NCBI GenBank assembly: GCA_965153355.1
Contig: OZ231126.1
Location: 38,998,001-39,062,000 of the forward strand
Direction: 5' to 3'
DNA: 64,000 bases
Source: Flaccisagitta enflata
Lineage: Eukaryota
Position numbers and translations under genes: made by a program. The notes under the pieces were generated by a model. The model saw only the letters and a list, made by a program, of their open reading frames with translations, was not told the DNA's origin and ran no database searches. Shown one piece after another: positions 15,100-31,825 of this stretch (position 1 is the stretch's first letter; each line of letters starts with the position of its first letter).

Positions 15100-15458
15100 G
15101 CGGAGAACATCCATGGGCTGGAATCACAATTCATCATCGATCGTTCTCACTCTGTGTCTCTGTCTCCAGTACAATCTCTGTCGCGCAAAATCAAATCTTT
15201 CACTCTGACTCCGGTGCGTTGACAATCATCCGCACTCATTACTTTCATATTTTATCGACAGTCAAAATTCAATAACATAAAGAAAAAAAATCAGCGTCCA
15301 CTCAAACTCTATCTCCATCCAACGGCCAATTTCACACTCCGCTTCCACCAAGACATTGAAATAAAGTCCACGTCTCGTCAATCACACTAGCAACCAACTA
15401 CTCCTTTCATTAGCTGCTCATTAGCTGCTCTTAGAAGCTGCTACCGCAACCATCAATC

Positions 15459-16235
15459 ATGGCTCTCACATCCTCCGCTCCAGTACTCCTCATCATCATC
15501 TCCCTCATCTCCTTCCATCCTCACGTCGAGGCTAAATCCATCTTCGAGCACCTCGACGAGAAAGTCGTTCCGGCTCCCGTCACATCGTTCTCTTCCTCCT
15601 CTTCCTCTTCCTCCTCCAAGCATCACGTCTCCGTCCCGACTCAGTTCAAGCGCAGTCTGGTGACGGCATTCCTCCGCGCCACTTCCGAAGGCGATTGGTT
15701 TCGCAACCTTCAACTTCTCGGCCAGGACAATTTCGTCGCCGACTTCATGTCCATCCGGAATCCGCTTCTCGAAGGTGGCGTCAAGGCCCGCAATCTCGTC
15801 TCCAATCTCCCCGACGCGCAGCATCAGAAGCAGATCGAACAGCGAGTCGACGAAGTCTTTGGCAAAGAGTCTTCCAACAAATTCTCTCTTCTTTCTCCGC
15901 ACGCTTCCAAAATCGGTCAGAAACTGAAAAGGAAGTTGACCAAACTGTTGACCGACTACACCCAATGCCCCGTCGTCTACGAATGGAAGGATCTCGGCGA
16001 TCGATTCTGGCCGCGTTATATTCGCACCGGAAGTTGTTCTCAGAAGAAGTCTTGCAGTTTCCCGTCGGGGATGGGCTGCAAACCTGCGGAACAATCTCAT
16101 TTGACGCTTCTCAGAAGATTCTGCGGCGCAAGAAGATGGGGCAAAGCCGAGGTGGAACCTTTCAACGCACAATCCAATTGCAGATTTATTGCCGTCAAAT
16201 ATCCGATTATTACCAAGTGTTCTTGCTCTTGTTGA
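15459..16235 (+). CDS. nog: Noggin (secreted BMP antagonist), intronless, 258 aa
   Basis: Signal peptide, PAP clip-like motif, basic stretch KIGQKLKRKL, and the noggin cystine-knot signature CPVVYEWKDLGDRFWPRYIRTGSC...SCSFPSGMGCKP...YPIITKCSCSC with 9 Cys. Confidence 0.96.
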   Translation: MALTSSAPVLLIIISLISFHPHVEAKSIFEHLDEKVVPAPVTSFSSSSSSSSSKHHVSVPTQFKRSLVTAFLRATSEGDWFRNLQLLGQDNFVADFMSIRNPLLEGGVKARNLVSNLPDAQHQKQIEQRVDEVFGKESSNKFSLLSPHASKIGQKLKRKLTKLLTDYTQCPVVYEWKDLGDRFWPRYIRTGSCSQKKSCSFPSGMGCKPAEQSHLTLLRRFCGARRWGKAEVEPFNAQSNCRFIAVKYPIITKCSCSC

Positions 16236-16393
16236 TTTTGTTGGTTTCATGATTTCATATGCTAGATTCTTCTCGTTCTCCATTTTTTTCCTCATTGTAT
16301 CTCCTTCGCTCATCAGATTAGATCGCTTTTGGTGACGTAAGTCTATATTTTCCTTATTGCTGTTGTTGTTGCTGTGTTTTTGTTGTTGTTGTT

Positions 16394-16424
<31 letters not shown>

Positions 16425-16438
16425 GGTTGTGGTTGTGG

Positions 16439-16506
<68 letters not shown>

Positions 16507-16786
16507 GATGTCGTTGTTTTCTCGTAGTTGTTGTAAGTATGGTTGTTTTTTTGTTTTTTTATTTTTTTGCTGTCTTCATTTTTTTTTCATGTTTTATGAT
16601 TGTAATTGTTGTTTTTGATGTTGTTGGTGTTGTTGTCTTTTCGTTCCGTGTTCCCTTATCGACGCGATTTAATACTTATCATTGCTTTCGAGATTTATCT
16701 TCACTGTCTTGACTGTGATACTAATTCATTAAAAGTTATCTTGTCAATAGTAAAAAATCAAAATTTTATTCATTCTTCTTTGTCAG

Positions 16787-16792
16787 AATAAA
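16787..16792 (+). promoter_or_regulatory. Putative polyadenylation signal of noggin
   Basis: AATAAA about 550 bp after the stop codon, at the end of a T-rich 3' UTR-like region. Confidence 0.4.
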
Positions 16793-18003
16793 AAAACAGC
16801 ACTGAAGATTCAAAATCCAGAGCCAACTTAGTTTTAGAAGCCTCAACTGCATTGCAAGGAGTGTGAAAAGTCCATTCCTTCACCATGGTCCTTTCCTGGG
16901 CTCATGGTAAGGCCGATCCCTCATCTTTTACAGTTTTGAGTAGTTGGATCCGCAGAGAGGCAATGCGAGGCGCCTTCGCGCCCCGGCCAAATTTAGAAGT
17001 ACGTCTAAGGCAACGACCAGCAAGGTCAAGGGCGAATGTTAAGGAAATCCTTCGGATTAGTAAAGATTTCCGTAGCATTCGCATTCCTTCCCTTCGCGAA
17101 AGCAAATAAGCCGTCATCACGTAGTATGATGAAATATCTCCATCATAAATTATACCAGCGTTTTATGATAAAGAACTTGGAAAAAGATAAAAAAAAACCT
17201 ACAATTGTTGATTTTTCACACTAAATCGAAGCGCCGAAAAACAAAGACTTCATTATGCAAATCAGCACGAAGTAGAGGAAGACCTTTGTAAGTGTCTGTT
17301 CGGTTGTGTCGATAAATGAGATTGTGACTGTGTTGTGGTGGTGATTTCTTTTTAGTTGCGGACACGCAACTCTATAGGAGGCTTTGTCCATCCGTCCGTC
17401 TGTCGGTCCGTAATGATCGAGTTGGAAAGTGTGAAAACGCGCTTTTCCGCCCCTGCCCACCCGTCCGCAACTGGTGGCCGTGTATCCGGCTTTGTTTGTT
17501 AGGATTTTGTTTGATCGAAATCTTAACCAACGATTGGATTACAGTATAAAACCTGTAGACAAGGTAGCAAAGGCAAAGTAGGCGTGCTCATTAGATTTGT
17601 CCCTAGATGTGGACTCAATTGGGTGACCGACTCGAAACGTTCCTCTTGCAAATCGTCTTCTGTGAATTGATTCAATGGAGATATATTGATCGATGTACAG
17701 AAAAGAAAGGAATGAAATAAGTGACGCGGGGTCACAATATCGTTGCAGACGAATGGGCAGGGAAATCTAAACCCCATCCATACCCCACAACCCCACCAAA
17801 CTCTTGGTAAAGGACGGACCGAAGGACCGACAGACAAAGCCTGTTTTAGAGTTGCGTGTCCGCAACTAAAAATGAGAATGTCTGGATGCCACTGACGCTT
17901 TTTCAGGGGAGGGCCCTCTAAAAAGGCTCTACCGAAGGGATATGACTCAAAATAATGTAAATAGATGGTCCATGCATGAGTATGTGTACACTAGAATCAT
18001 ACT

Positions 18004-18186
18004 AATCCAGTTGCAGATTTATTGCCGTTAATTTTCCGATTATTACCAAATGTTCTTGCTCTTGTTGATTTGTTTTAATTTCGATTTGAATTGTGGTCGA
18101 TTTTCTCGGTGCACTACTTATAACTTATCGTATCTGTATCGTTAAACTTTTAGGTCGGTCTTCGTCGCATATGTTGGTGTTCGCTA

Positions 18187-18285
<99 letters not shown>

Positions 18286-19200
18286 GGTCGTAAATTTTTA
18301 AAGGGGGTTAGCGTTCCGTTTCTGTTCCGTTTTACTACAGGGTGTCCCAAGTCAGTTGTAACATAAGGAATCGACATATCTCTGCTTCTAAATCCTTAAA
18401 TCAATTTCTGAAAAAAGATCTATGAAGATCTAGGTCTGCACTTTTTGTTATACCAAAACTTCAACTTTGAATATTGGATAGTTGATGGTCAGAAAATATC
18501 AAATGAGTGGTGATATTTGGTGGAAAATTATCTTTTTCATAGCTGTATTCAGAAGTAGCTGGCTTTAACTGTTTGCCATTTTTTGACAAATTGATCTAAA
18601 AACCTGGGATTGGTCTCAAATGAAAGATAATTGTACATAGATTGTTATTCTGCTTTGAAAGCTTGGAGATTTTTTACAATTAATGACTTTTTTGATGAAT
18701 TTTGTCAATCATTGTCAAAATCAAAAATGGAAATCTTGAAAAAATCATTGAAAATCTTACAAAATTTTGGAAAATTAGCAAATTTTTTTGGTGATCTAAA
18801 ATCTATGACAAATTATCTGCCATTTGAGACCAATCGCAGGGTTTTAGCTCAATTGGTTGAAAAATGCCAAGTTGTTAAAGACAGCTACTTCCAAGTACAG
18901 CAAAAAGTGAAAAAACAAAAAAGACACGGTCAGAAATTACCAGTGAATTTTAAAGAAATGTGATCCCTAAACAAATAGTCCAATTGTCATGAAATTTTGC
19001 ATGCAAAAAGTGCAGACCAAGATCTTTTTAGATCTTTTTTCAGAAATTGATTTGAGGACCTACAAGCAGAGATATGTCGATTCTTTATGTTACAACTGAC
19101 TTGGGACACCCTGTACTTTTCCATTGCTTTCTTTAAATATCTAATATCTAATATCTATCACATCATTGCTTTGACTGCGATACCAAATTCAACAAATTTT
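18004..19200 (+). pseudogene. Truncated duplicate of the noggin 3' end (last ~20 codons plus 3' UTR), split by a MITE
   Basis: 18004-18068 encodes SSCRFIAVNFPIITKCSCSC* versus SNCRFIAVKYPIITKCSCSC* in the gene. The same (TTG)n tract follows, and UTR similarity resumes after the MITE (ATTGCTTT...TTGACTGCGATAC versus 16681-16720). Confidence 0.85.
18338..19113. mobile_element. Tc1/mariner-type MITE
   Basis: TIR longer than 100 bp starting CAGGGTGTCCCAAGTCAGTTGTAACATAA; TA TSD at 18336-18337 and 19114-19115. Confidence 0.9.
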
Positions 19201-19677
19201 ACATAGTTAAACGATAAAAATAACGGTCACTTAAAGGAAAAAGCAAAACAAATACAGTTAAACGCCGCTATAACAGACCCAAGAGCAATGGAAATTCGTC
19301 TATTATGGATATAAGACACGGTGCAAGATCGCGTGAAATTTGGTATTCACCAAGGTTAAAAAATTTAAGTGTCATAAAACATTTTTTTTTCTTCATAGTA
19401 GCATAGTATATCACTTTCCCACTCTTCCAAGGTGACGTAATAGAATCGTGAAGCAGATCGCGGCTAAACCTCGTTAAACTGGAAATCATTAAGAATCTTG
19501 CTTACAGTGGAGTTGCAGTTACAATAAAACTTTGCGATACTTTTTTTTCTGATTCTTGAGATTTCTTTTTTTAAACATTCTCCTTGCGAAGAAGTGATTA
19601 AATCTGAAGATCTGGGCGTCGATCATGAATCGAAGGTTGCAAGAATCGAGTCATCTGCGGTGAACGCCACCGGGAGT

Positions 19678-22703
<3,026 letters not shown>

Positions 22704-23663
22704 ATTGATTCAAGATTCATTCCACGCAAAAAAAAAAATTTGTAATGTTTTTTTACTGAAAATTAATTCATGCCAAAATGGAAAGAGAGAGAGAGAGCAT
22801 GACGCAGTACATACGGAATACGACTGATAAGTTCTTATGAGTTCTTTTGAGTCGCGTGCACGCGACTCTATGACTAGTTATGTCCGTTGGTTGGTCGGCC
22901 TGTCACTGTGCACGCTACTTTGGTAGCTGTCTAAAAGGGACTGTCCGTCCGTCGGTCTATCAGTCCGTGGGTCCATGAGTCCTGGTCGGTCCGTGATGAT
23001 CGAGTTGAAAAGTGTGAAAACGCTGCAGCTGCAGTTGTGTTTTTCTGTGTGTATTTTTGTGTGAGGGGTAAGGGAGGGTTGGATGACGATTGTTCGACCC
23101 TTCCCACCCGTCTGCAACGATATTGCGACCCCTTTTAATTTTTTCATATGAGGTCTGTCTGTTCATTTCATCGGTCCGTCCAACCGTTACTTACAACGGC
23201 AGAGGCGGGGTTGTAATACGATAAAATAGCATGTGATAGGCATCTTATCAACTTAATAGGGCTGTACAAATAGGTGCAGTTACAGATGTTTGAGCACTAT
23301 GCAGGGGTAGTAATTCCTTAAAGATACCATTGAAAGTATCCGGACGAACTGACAAAACTGGATACTAGATACAACACTTTTTCACTCAGACTGCTCACCT
23401 CACGCTACTGACTTGATACAATTGCTTGCTCTGTAAACAGGCTCTCACACACTAGGGCGGCTACCTGGAGGGTCAAACGTGGTAAAATTTCAGAATGCCT
23501 CCGCCAACTAACCAAACACTCTAAGTCGTATTTAAAAACGAATTGAGGCAAGCGGAGATTGGTATCTGCAAAGAAAACCCGCACGGCAACACTATAGAGT
23601 TTCAATGGGTGTAAAATTGCTTTCATATACTTTACCATTGTATTGCCGTGCGGGTTTCTTGAT

Positions 23664-25577
23664 CGCAGTGGGCCTTAATTGGATATGAGTTCAAAAAAAT
23701 CCTCGATGGTAGTGACTTGTGTAAGTTGGTATAATTTTTAGTGGAGAATAAATGTTGACCTTTAAAAAAAAATTTCCTTTGAAATTTTTTGCAAAAATGA
23801 CTAAAACGTTTTTAAATTTTTCAAATATTTTATATAAAACTTTAGGATTCATGTATTTTGAATTTTTGATTCAAGATTCATTTTCCTGATAAAATTTCCA
23901 ATCGTTTGATAGGTCGCACTATACAGTTTTATCAATAAACAAGATTTTCAATTTCTATACCCTGGCCCGGATCAACCATGCGCGAGGCCCGAGGCTACTA
24001 ATGCCGCGAGGCCTCTGAAAAAGACAGCTACAATTTTAACAAGGCTTACATGGCCAATAAGTAGTCATTTGTGGGTAGGCAGGGGCAGTGAAGGTGGGCA
24101 GGGCAATATGTGAGTGAGCAGGGGCTGTATTGTGTCAGGGCAGGGGCATTAATGCTCAGGAATAGCTTTTCCAGCCAAATTCACGTCATCCTAAGTTTTG
24201 CATTACAGACAGACCAGCTAAAGACTCATTCTCTTATAGAGTTGCTCAGCAAGTGACCAACAGGTCGCCAAAGGGCAATATGTGGTCAGCAATACCCGTT
24301 GCCCTGCCTTGAGTGATTGTGAATTAAAGTGAGGGGAAACAGGGCAGCGGCCCCGAAGGGGAAGAAGTCCTGTAGAACACAGGGGGACTTTTAAATCTGG
24401 CCTCAGACCTCAAATCTGGCCTCTCAGACCCCAAATCTGGCCTCTCAGACCTCAAATTTCACTTCTCAGGCCTCAAATCCAGCCTCTCAGGCCTCAAATC
24501 CAGCCTCTCAGGCCTCAAATCCAACCTCCTAAATCCAGCCTCTCAGGCCTCAAATCCAACCTCTAAAATCAGTGACTATTTGAAACAATGACCAGGGAGG
24601 AAATCATATTTCTTTTGGTTTAAAAATGACATCTTAAAAAAGTTGATATCCCTTCTTCATCCATAGTAAAATAGTATTTTTTTAGATCCAAAAAAAATTA
24701 TGAAAAAAAAAAACCGTTTTTTTTTGCTCAACTTGAAATTACTTTTTCTTGCAATGAAGTTTTTGCATATTGATATTTAAATCAATGAACTTTCAATTTC
24801 AGGTCAACTAGGGATGTGGAAGTGGTCAATTTTCACGCTGCTTCCTCTGCTTCTGCTTCTGCTTCTGCTTCCACTGTAGTGGGAATACAAATAGCTATCC
24901 CCCCCACCAAAACAGAAGCGGTTAATCACTTCTACATCACTTATATCCACTACAGTCTGAAACCACTAAACTCATCAATTTTTTTTTAGTTTTTTTTTAA
25001 GATTCAAAAATACTACACGCCATTTTACTAATATTTGTAACTGCAAATCTTCCTCTTTGATTTCTTTCATCAGCTTTTGTTCATAAGCACTTCTTCTTTT
25101 TCTTTTTCTTTTTCTTTTTCAACCCTTTTTTTTCTTTTTTTTCTTTTTTTTTCTCCTCTCTTTTTCTCTTCCCTTTTCCCCTGAAAGCGCGAGGCCCCCT
25201 GAAGCGCGAGGCCTAAGGCTAAGCCTTTTTAGCCTATTGGTTAATCCAGGCCAGTCTATACCACCGTTACAAATAAAGAAACGGTGGCCTAAAACATGAA
25301 AATCTTATTTTTTCATGAAACTATAAAGTGTGACCTATCAAATGATTGGAAATTTTACCAGGAATATGAATCTTAAATCAGAGTTTTTAAATATCCATCA
25401 GATCTATATGTAAATATAAGGGAAAATTGATAATCTTTAATGAATTTTACAAAAAATTTCGAGGGAAATTTTTTTTTAAAGGTAAACATCAATTCTCCCT
25501 AATGAATTGTTCCTACTTATACATGTCACTACCATTGAGGATTTTTTTGAACTCATATCTAATTAAGGCCCACTGTG
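23664..25577. mobile_element. MITE with long TIRs hosting nested elements
   Basis: CAGTGGGCCTTAATTGGATATGAGTTCAAAAAAATCCTC... versus ...GAGGATTTTTTTGAACTCATATCTAATTAAGGCCCACTG; arm similarity extends roughly 280 bp. Confidence 0.8.
23962..25254. mobile_element. hAT-type MITE (nested)
   Basis: TIR CTGGCCCGGATCAACCA / TGGTTAATCCAGGCCAG; 8-bp TSD TCTATACC (23954-23961, 25255-25262); GCGCGAGGCC subterminal repeats. Confidence 0.85.
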
Positions 25578-28500
25578 TGAGCAAATACCGACCTCTGCTT
25601 TTCTCTGCCGAAATGCTGCTTAGCATGTATGGTTAGATAGCGGAGGAATTCTAAATTCTGAGCCAAATTCACCCTTCAGGTAACCGCCCTTGCAAACACA
25701 CACGAGCTCGTGGGTGGGCTAAAAGTTATGTGTTCTCACCATAGACACGAATGATGAGATAACAAGGCCGGATACACAGCAGAACAGTCGCGGACGGTTG
25801 GGCAGGAGCGGAAATGCAAAACAAAAACACTCGCAATTCAGAAATGTCACGGATGGATGGACTGATGGACCGACCGACACGGTAAGGTGTAGTCGCGTGT
25901 CCGCGACTAAAAACATAATTGTAGCAACATGTTGGCGTCACTAGAAACACACCCTGACCCTGTTTTTGCGGTGAAGACCCGCAGTTAGAATGCGCCTAAA
26001 ATATCAACAGCATTTTGATCAGGTATGGTTATATCTCAGTTGGATTTTAGGCTATTTGAGCGACTACAACTGCGCAAGCCCATTTGCTCAATCATAGCCT
26101 ATTGAATGAATTTCCCGTTCTATTTCAAACACCGACTTCTGTTTCTCTGTTACACTGCTCTTGGTGTCACTGCATGATGAGAAGCCCGCTCTGTACTATA
26201 CAATTCACGCATTTCCCTTGTATAAATGCCCAGTGTAAAAACTATGAACAGAATCCAAGGGTAGATCGCCTTTTCCAGGCAAACGAGGTTTTTTGATTCA
26301 AAGCGTCCAAATACCAAAAATCAAGGAATCGTGGAAGAGTGTTGCAGTTACAAAACAAAAAATTTAATGCAAAATCTATTCTAGTTTGTTAAATATTAAT
26401 AATTTATTATTTAATAATGATTTTCATAATATGATCAGATTTTTCCATATTTTTCAAGTATATTCAATTAGAAAATACTTCAAAATATTACCACTATATA
26501 TAATTTGTATAAAGTATCTATTTTTTATCAGGTTTTACATTGAATTGCCTTGTTATAACTTGATAAAAGCAATGAAAAGCCATTTTTTGCTCATTTTCTC
26601 ATCATGTCATAATTTGAATGTTTTAATCGGGATCTTAGCTTGCGATTACACATCGAGCAATTGTCTATAACTTCAATCATCTATACTTTGTTCGCATATT
26701 CATTCTTTCATTCATTCATTCATTCATTCATTCATTCATTCATTCATTCATTCATTCATTCATTCAATTTAGTCATGAATGATAACTGTTCTTTTATCTG
26801 CTTATCCCGTCAATAGCAATCCTTAATTCTGAGCCAAATACTATCTAGAGCAAAAGTATGGCAACACCATAAAACTTTATTTATCTATTCAATAAATAAT
26901 TCATCATATAATTCCAAAATATGTTAATACTTGGCGTTCCTTCCCTAAGCATCAATGACCACCTTCATAGGCCTCAGCATGCATTTGTAAAGAGATTTTA
27001 AGTAAGTTGGAAAGATCTTCCTCTAAACTTTAAAAGTGACTCTTCTAAGCTTTACTACGCAACTAAAGTCGCATGTCTCTTGCTTTGTAGAGCTCTGCTT
27101 TGTTTGAGACAAGTGGGGGTTGAGATTTTGGCTGTTCCTCAGCCAACCACTAAAAAGTTTAACACACCATGTTTTGTGTGCTATTGCTTCTTTGTAACAG
27201 CTCAATGTGTTAGAGTGGCATCTTTCAATAATTAATTGCAATTTTTTTCACATTTTTTATATGGAGTATCTATCTTGTTTTGTCCGTCATTTCTAAATGC
27301 TTTGACCTATGTGAATGCGGTTTGCGTCATTGGATCAGAAATTTGATATACTTTCCGAAACTCATTTGTTTTTATTTGGATTTTTTATTCTAAGCAGAGA
27401 TATTGTTCAAAACATCTGTAGCCATACTTTTGCTCTAGATAGTAGAAGGCCGAGCGACCAACCAACTGACACATCAGTCTTATTCATGGAAGGGCAGGGG
27501 CGTGGATTGAACATATGCACATGTTGGATATCTGCACAGGACAAAAACAAAGACGGAAACATGACCAATACGGAATCACTTCGATACGGATTGTCGAATG
27601 AATGCATTACCTGACCGACAGACCGACCAACCAACTAAGCGACCGACGGACACAGCCAGTTATGAAGGTGCTTTGTCGCACCTAAAAAAACAAGTGATGC
27701 AGGGTAACAATATTATTGCGGACGGGTGGGCAGGGGCATCCGACCCCCAGCCTCACCCCAATCCCCAACTCCCAACCCCTCTCCAACACAAAAACACAAT
27801 AACAACTGCAGCATCAAAAATTTGCACTTTTTCAAATTGATGACCCCAGACGGACCAACAGACGGACGGAACATCAGACGGACAGACGGACAAAGCCTCT
27901 TATAGAGTTGTGTGTCCGCAACTAAGAAATCAAGGTGCCATCAGTAGACGGATGGAGCAATAGACTGAGACATAAACCTTGCCGCATACAGATGACCCCC
28001 CCTCCAATGGATTTAAAAGGACCAGCAAATTTTATCTGTTATCTGTTTTAGCCAATATGGGACCAAAAATTAGTATCTGTTATAGGTGGAATTCCGTTTA
28101 AAGCAGGTCCGTTGGAGCGAGGTTCAACTGTTTTTCTTGTAAAGGGGCATGTCATCCTTTGAACAAAAGCATAATATTCAATGTTTTCTACAAACACATG
28201 GAAAAAAATCTTAAAAGATTATGGGTCCGCGATTGGGGTCAAGCGGCATTGTCAAACGGCATTGTTAAACGGCAATGTAAAACTGTGTTGTCAAACGGCT
28301 TTGTCAAATGGCTTTGTCAAATGGTGTTGTCTGTCCGTCCGTCTGACTGTCTGTCCGTCCGTCCGTCCGTTCGTTACGCCTCTTCTACTCTAGTTGCCCG
28401 ATTGGGGTTGTTTCCTTCTTTTTAGTTGCGGACACGCAACTCTTTAAGAGGCTTTGTCCGTCCGCCGGACGGTTGGTCGGTCGGTCGGTCCGTGGACACG

Positions 28501-29979
28501 AGTCGAAAAGTGAGTAAATGAGCGTTTTAAAACATTTTTAGTTGCGGACAGTTGCATTTCCGCCCCTGCCCACCCGTCCGCAACTGATGGCCGTGTATCC
28601 AGCCTTGTTACATTTTGTTGTATTTTTCCCTATTTTATGACACGTGGTACAAAACTGTTATTAATTTGTTTTACTTTTCTTTTTTTATAAACTCTTTATT
28701 TTTAATTCTTTTTTGTTTTGTTTTTTTTATTCTGTTAGTTTTGGCTTCCTTCTTTTGTTTTTTACTTTCTCTTCTTTTTATTTTCTTTCTTTCTTTCCTT
28801 CTCTCTTTTTCAAATTTGTTTTTCTTGGAGTCTTGAGGCCCATTTCAAATATTTTATGCTGAAATCCCAGCCTTGAGGCCCAAATCCCAGCCTTATGGCC
28901 CATGGCCTTGGTTCAAAGCCCAAATCCAAGTCTCAAGGCCCAAATCCCAATCTCGAAGCCCTAATCTCAGCCTTAAAGACTAAATTTCAGCCTCAAGAAT
29001 AGAATTCAGCCCCAAAACCGAAAGGCCCAAATCCCAACTGCTAGAAGGTGAAACTTCGTCATATGTAAAAGCATAGGTCATTGGCCCCTCTGAGGGTGCT
29101 GCCCTTCTCCCTTCCCTAACTTTAATCACAACTTACTTGGGCAAGGCACAAGGCACTTGGATGACTCATTGTTTATCTCTTTATCTGCTTAATACTTCAA
29201 CTATGTTGTTTGGGCAACAGCCTCAAATATAACACAGGAGTGAAGCTTTATACATCTGTTTGTCTGTCAGTCCGTGACAACCCTCAAAAAACCTGTGGCC
29301 TCAATCCAGCTGGAGACCTGGAATCAACCCTCCAAGGCCTAAAAACATTCCATTTAGACCCTGAATCAACCCTCTTAGGCCTAAAATCAGTCTTCTTAGG
29401 CCTTATATCAGCTCTCTTTGGCCCTAAATCATCCCTCATTGACTTAAAATCAGCTCTTTTAGGTGTGCAACAATTCTCACCTTGCTGAAATCAGCCCTCC
29501 CTTACAGGCCTAAAATCAGCTTTCACCTGGCTGAAATCACCCCTCACTGGTCTTAAATCAATCTTTACAGGAGTTAAATCAGTCCTCATAAGCCTTAAAT
29601 CATCCCTTAGGGCTCAAGATTAGCCATTTTACGACTAATTGCCTAGTCTAGATCACTGTAGCCTAAAATAAGACCTCTAAGGCATGATCAGGACCTCTCA
29701 GCCCCCCCAAACTGGACATATGAAAATTCACCACTGTGTCCTACAGGACATCAGCCCTTCAGGGGTGCTGCCCTACTCAACCAACCTTATCACCTCAACA
29801 CCTCATGCAAGGTAACAGAACATGTGAGATCCATGTTGCTCATATGAGGGGTCCCCCAGGACCCTTGGGGCCCAGGCACCTTTTTTCAAATGGCGGTGAC
29901 TACTCTTTAGCAAGACCTTGGATTTAATTGAGCTTACTGGCCCCTCAGAGCCTAAAAATATGCTCTTTAAGGCTTAAAT

Positions 29980-30660
29980 CATGTCATTTTGACACATCTC
30001 ATTGAAAATTATAAATTTGCAAAAAAAATGAAAAAATGCAAAAACAAAAAACATCAGCCTCTGGCAAAATCCAGTATCTAGAGGCTCATTTCCTTGGAAA
30101 TGCAAAATTGCTCTTAGTTTTCCGTATTCATAATTTTTAAAATTCAAAATGTTTTTTTTCTAAAATCTTAGATTGCGACACAACTCAGAAAAAAACGAGT
30201 AAAAACGCAAGTTAAAATGGTCGCAGGTGAACGAAATTTGAACTGTAAGTGGATTACACATCTAGTTCACTTGTCTTAAAATCTTGTGGGGCTGCGCCAT
30301 CAGGAAGTGCGCCAATTCAAGGCCTATATCAAGTCTAGAGAGAAAAATCACAATTTTGTCATTTTGACACATCTCATTGAGAATTATGAATTTGCATAAA
30401 AAATGCAAAAATGCAAAAACGAAAAACATCAGCCTCTGGCAAAATCCAATGTCTAGAAGCTCATGTTTTTGAAAATGCAAAATTGCCCTTAGTTTTCCGT
30501 ATTCATAATTCTCAAAATTCAAAATGTTTTTTTCCAAAATCTTGGATTGCAACACATCTCAGCAAAAAAAGAGTAAAAATGCAGGTTAAAATAGTCGCAG
30601 GTGGATGAAATTTAAAATAAAATCTTGTGGGGCTGCGCCATCAGGAAGTACGCTAAATCA
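29980..30660. repeat. ~375-bp diverged tandem repeat (about two units)
   Basis: TGTCATTTTGACACATCTCATTG...AACATCAGCCTCTGGCAAAATCC...AAAATCTTGTGGGGCTGCGCCATCAGGAAGT occurs twice. Confidence 0.85.
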
Positions 30661-31462
30661 GGGCTGAACCATTTTTTTCCAAAATTTTCCATTTTTCATT
30701 ATATTTTGGCTATTTTTACATTTATTTTTATTTCGGCATCTAAGTTTTAAAAACAAGAGTGCCTCCGTGTCATAAAAACTTGGTCCCTTCATGTCAATTT
30801 CTTTAAATGTTTGTGTTGGCAACAACAGAAATCTGCCTACAAACAATGAAATTCATTGGTCCTTTCAAAGAACTCCTTTTACATCCGTTATTGCGGGTTT
30901 TTTTAACAAAGTTGGCAAAGCAAGACTGCCCAAGATATCACTGTTTCGTGCAGTCTTTCTTGTCTGTATTTTTATTTGGTGGAATTCAGAAAAAGAAGAT
31001 ACAGTTTGACAAATGAATTCGCTATAGATATAAACCGCAACTATTGCATAATTCAAATTATTGCATAATTCTAATCATTTATTGGGGAAAAAAGTCGAAG
31101 TCAGTCTTCGACTTTTTGACATACTCGTGAGAAATATGGTTTGCAGTTTTTATGAGAAAGTTGCGAAACTTATCTGGCTGATTGAGTTATCTGATAAAAT
31201 TGATAAAGTAAGGGTGCGTCTGCATTCACTATCTTATTTGGATGTTTTATTTGGATATCAATATCCTGATATTCTACATACACTTTTTTTTTATAAGAGA
31301 CAGCTTTTTTGAACTCAGCCTGGGTGTTCTTAAATTTTCGTCTGTTTTCAGCCTGAAATTCTCTTAAAGTGTTCTTAATTGGTTCGATGTTCATAAATGT
31401 CTAAATTGTATAAAAATAACTTATTCAGAGCAGTTGTATCTTAAATTTGATAATTGTTATAT

Positions 31463-31825
31463 TTTTAGATGCGTCCTCGCATCTCTATAAGAGTGTGTGT
31501 CCGTCCGTCCGTCCGTCCGTAGGTCCGTAGGTCCGTCACGCATTCTCTCAATATCAGCCTATACACTCAGAATCACTCCCAAACAGTCCCCAATCATTAT
31601 TAGATGCGTCCTCGCATCTCTATAAGAGGGTGTGTCTGTCCGTCTATCCATCCGTAGGTCTGTAGGTCCGTAGGTCCGTAGGTCCGTAGGTCCGTAGGTC
31701 CGTAGGTCCGTAGGTCCGTAGGTCCGTAGGTCCGTAGGTCCGTAGGTCCGTAGGTCCGTAGGTCCATCACGCATTCTCTCAATATCAGCCTATACACTCA
31801 GAATCACTCCCAAACAGTCCCCAAT
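31463..31825 (+). mobile_element. HINE-like element with a duplicated 5' end and a (GTAGGTCC)n minisatellite
   Basis: Hairpin AGATGCGTCCTCGCATCT at about 31467 and 31602, each followed by GTCC-derived 8-mer arrays and the same downstream unique sequence. Confidence 0.7.

Noticed and set aside
15453-16313. 286-aa antisense ORF and 185-aa alternative-frame ORF over noggin; similar shadows over the RBR and iGluR genes
   Set aside because: Shadow frames of GC-richer real coding sequence, with no recognisable motifs.
16885-17140. Minus-strand peptide RYFIILRDDGLFAF resembling a PH-domain or reverse-transcriptase motif
   Set aside because: Short, bounded by stops, no supporting exons; cannot be assigned without a database search.
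18004-18068. Noggin duplicate as an alternative terminal exon (AG at 18009-18010)
   Set aside because: It needs a phase-2 donor; the nearest plausible donor in noggin (GAG|GTGGAA, about 16152) is phase 0, and there is no pyrimidine tract.
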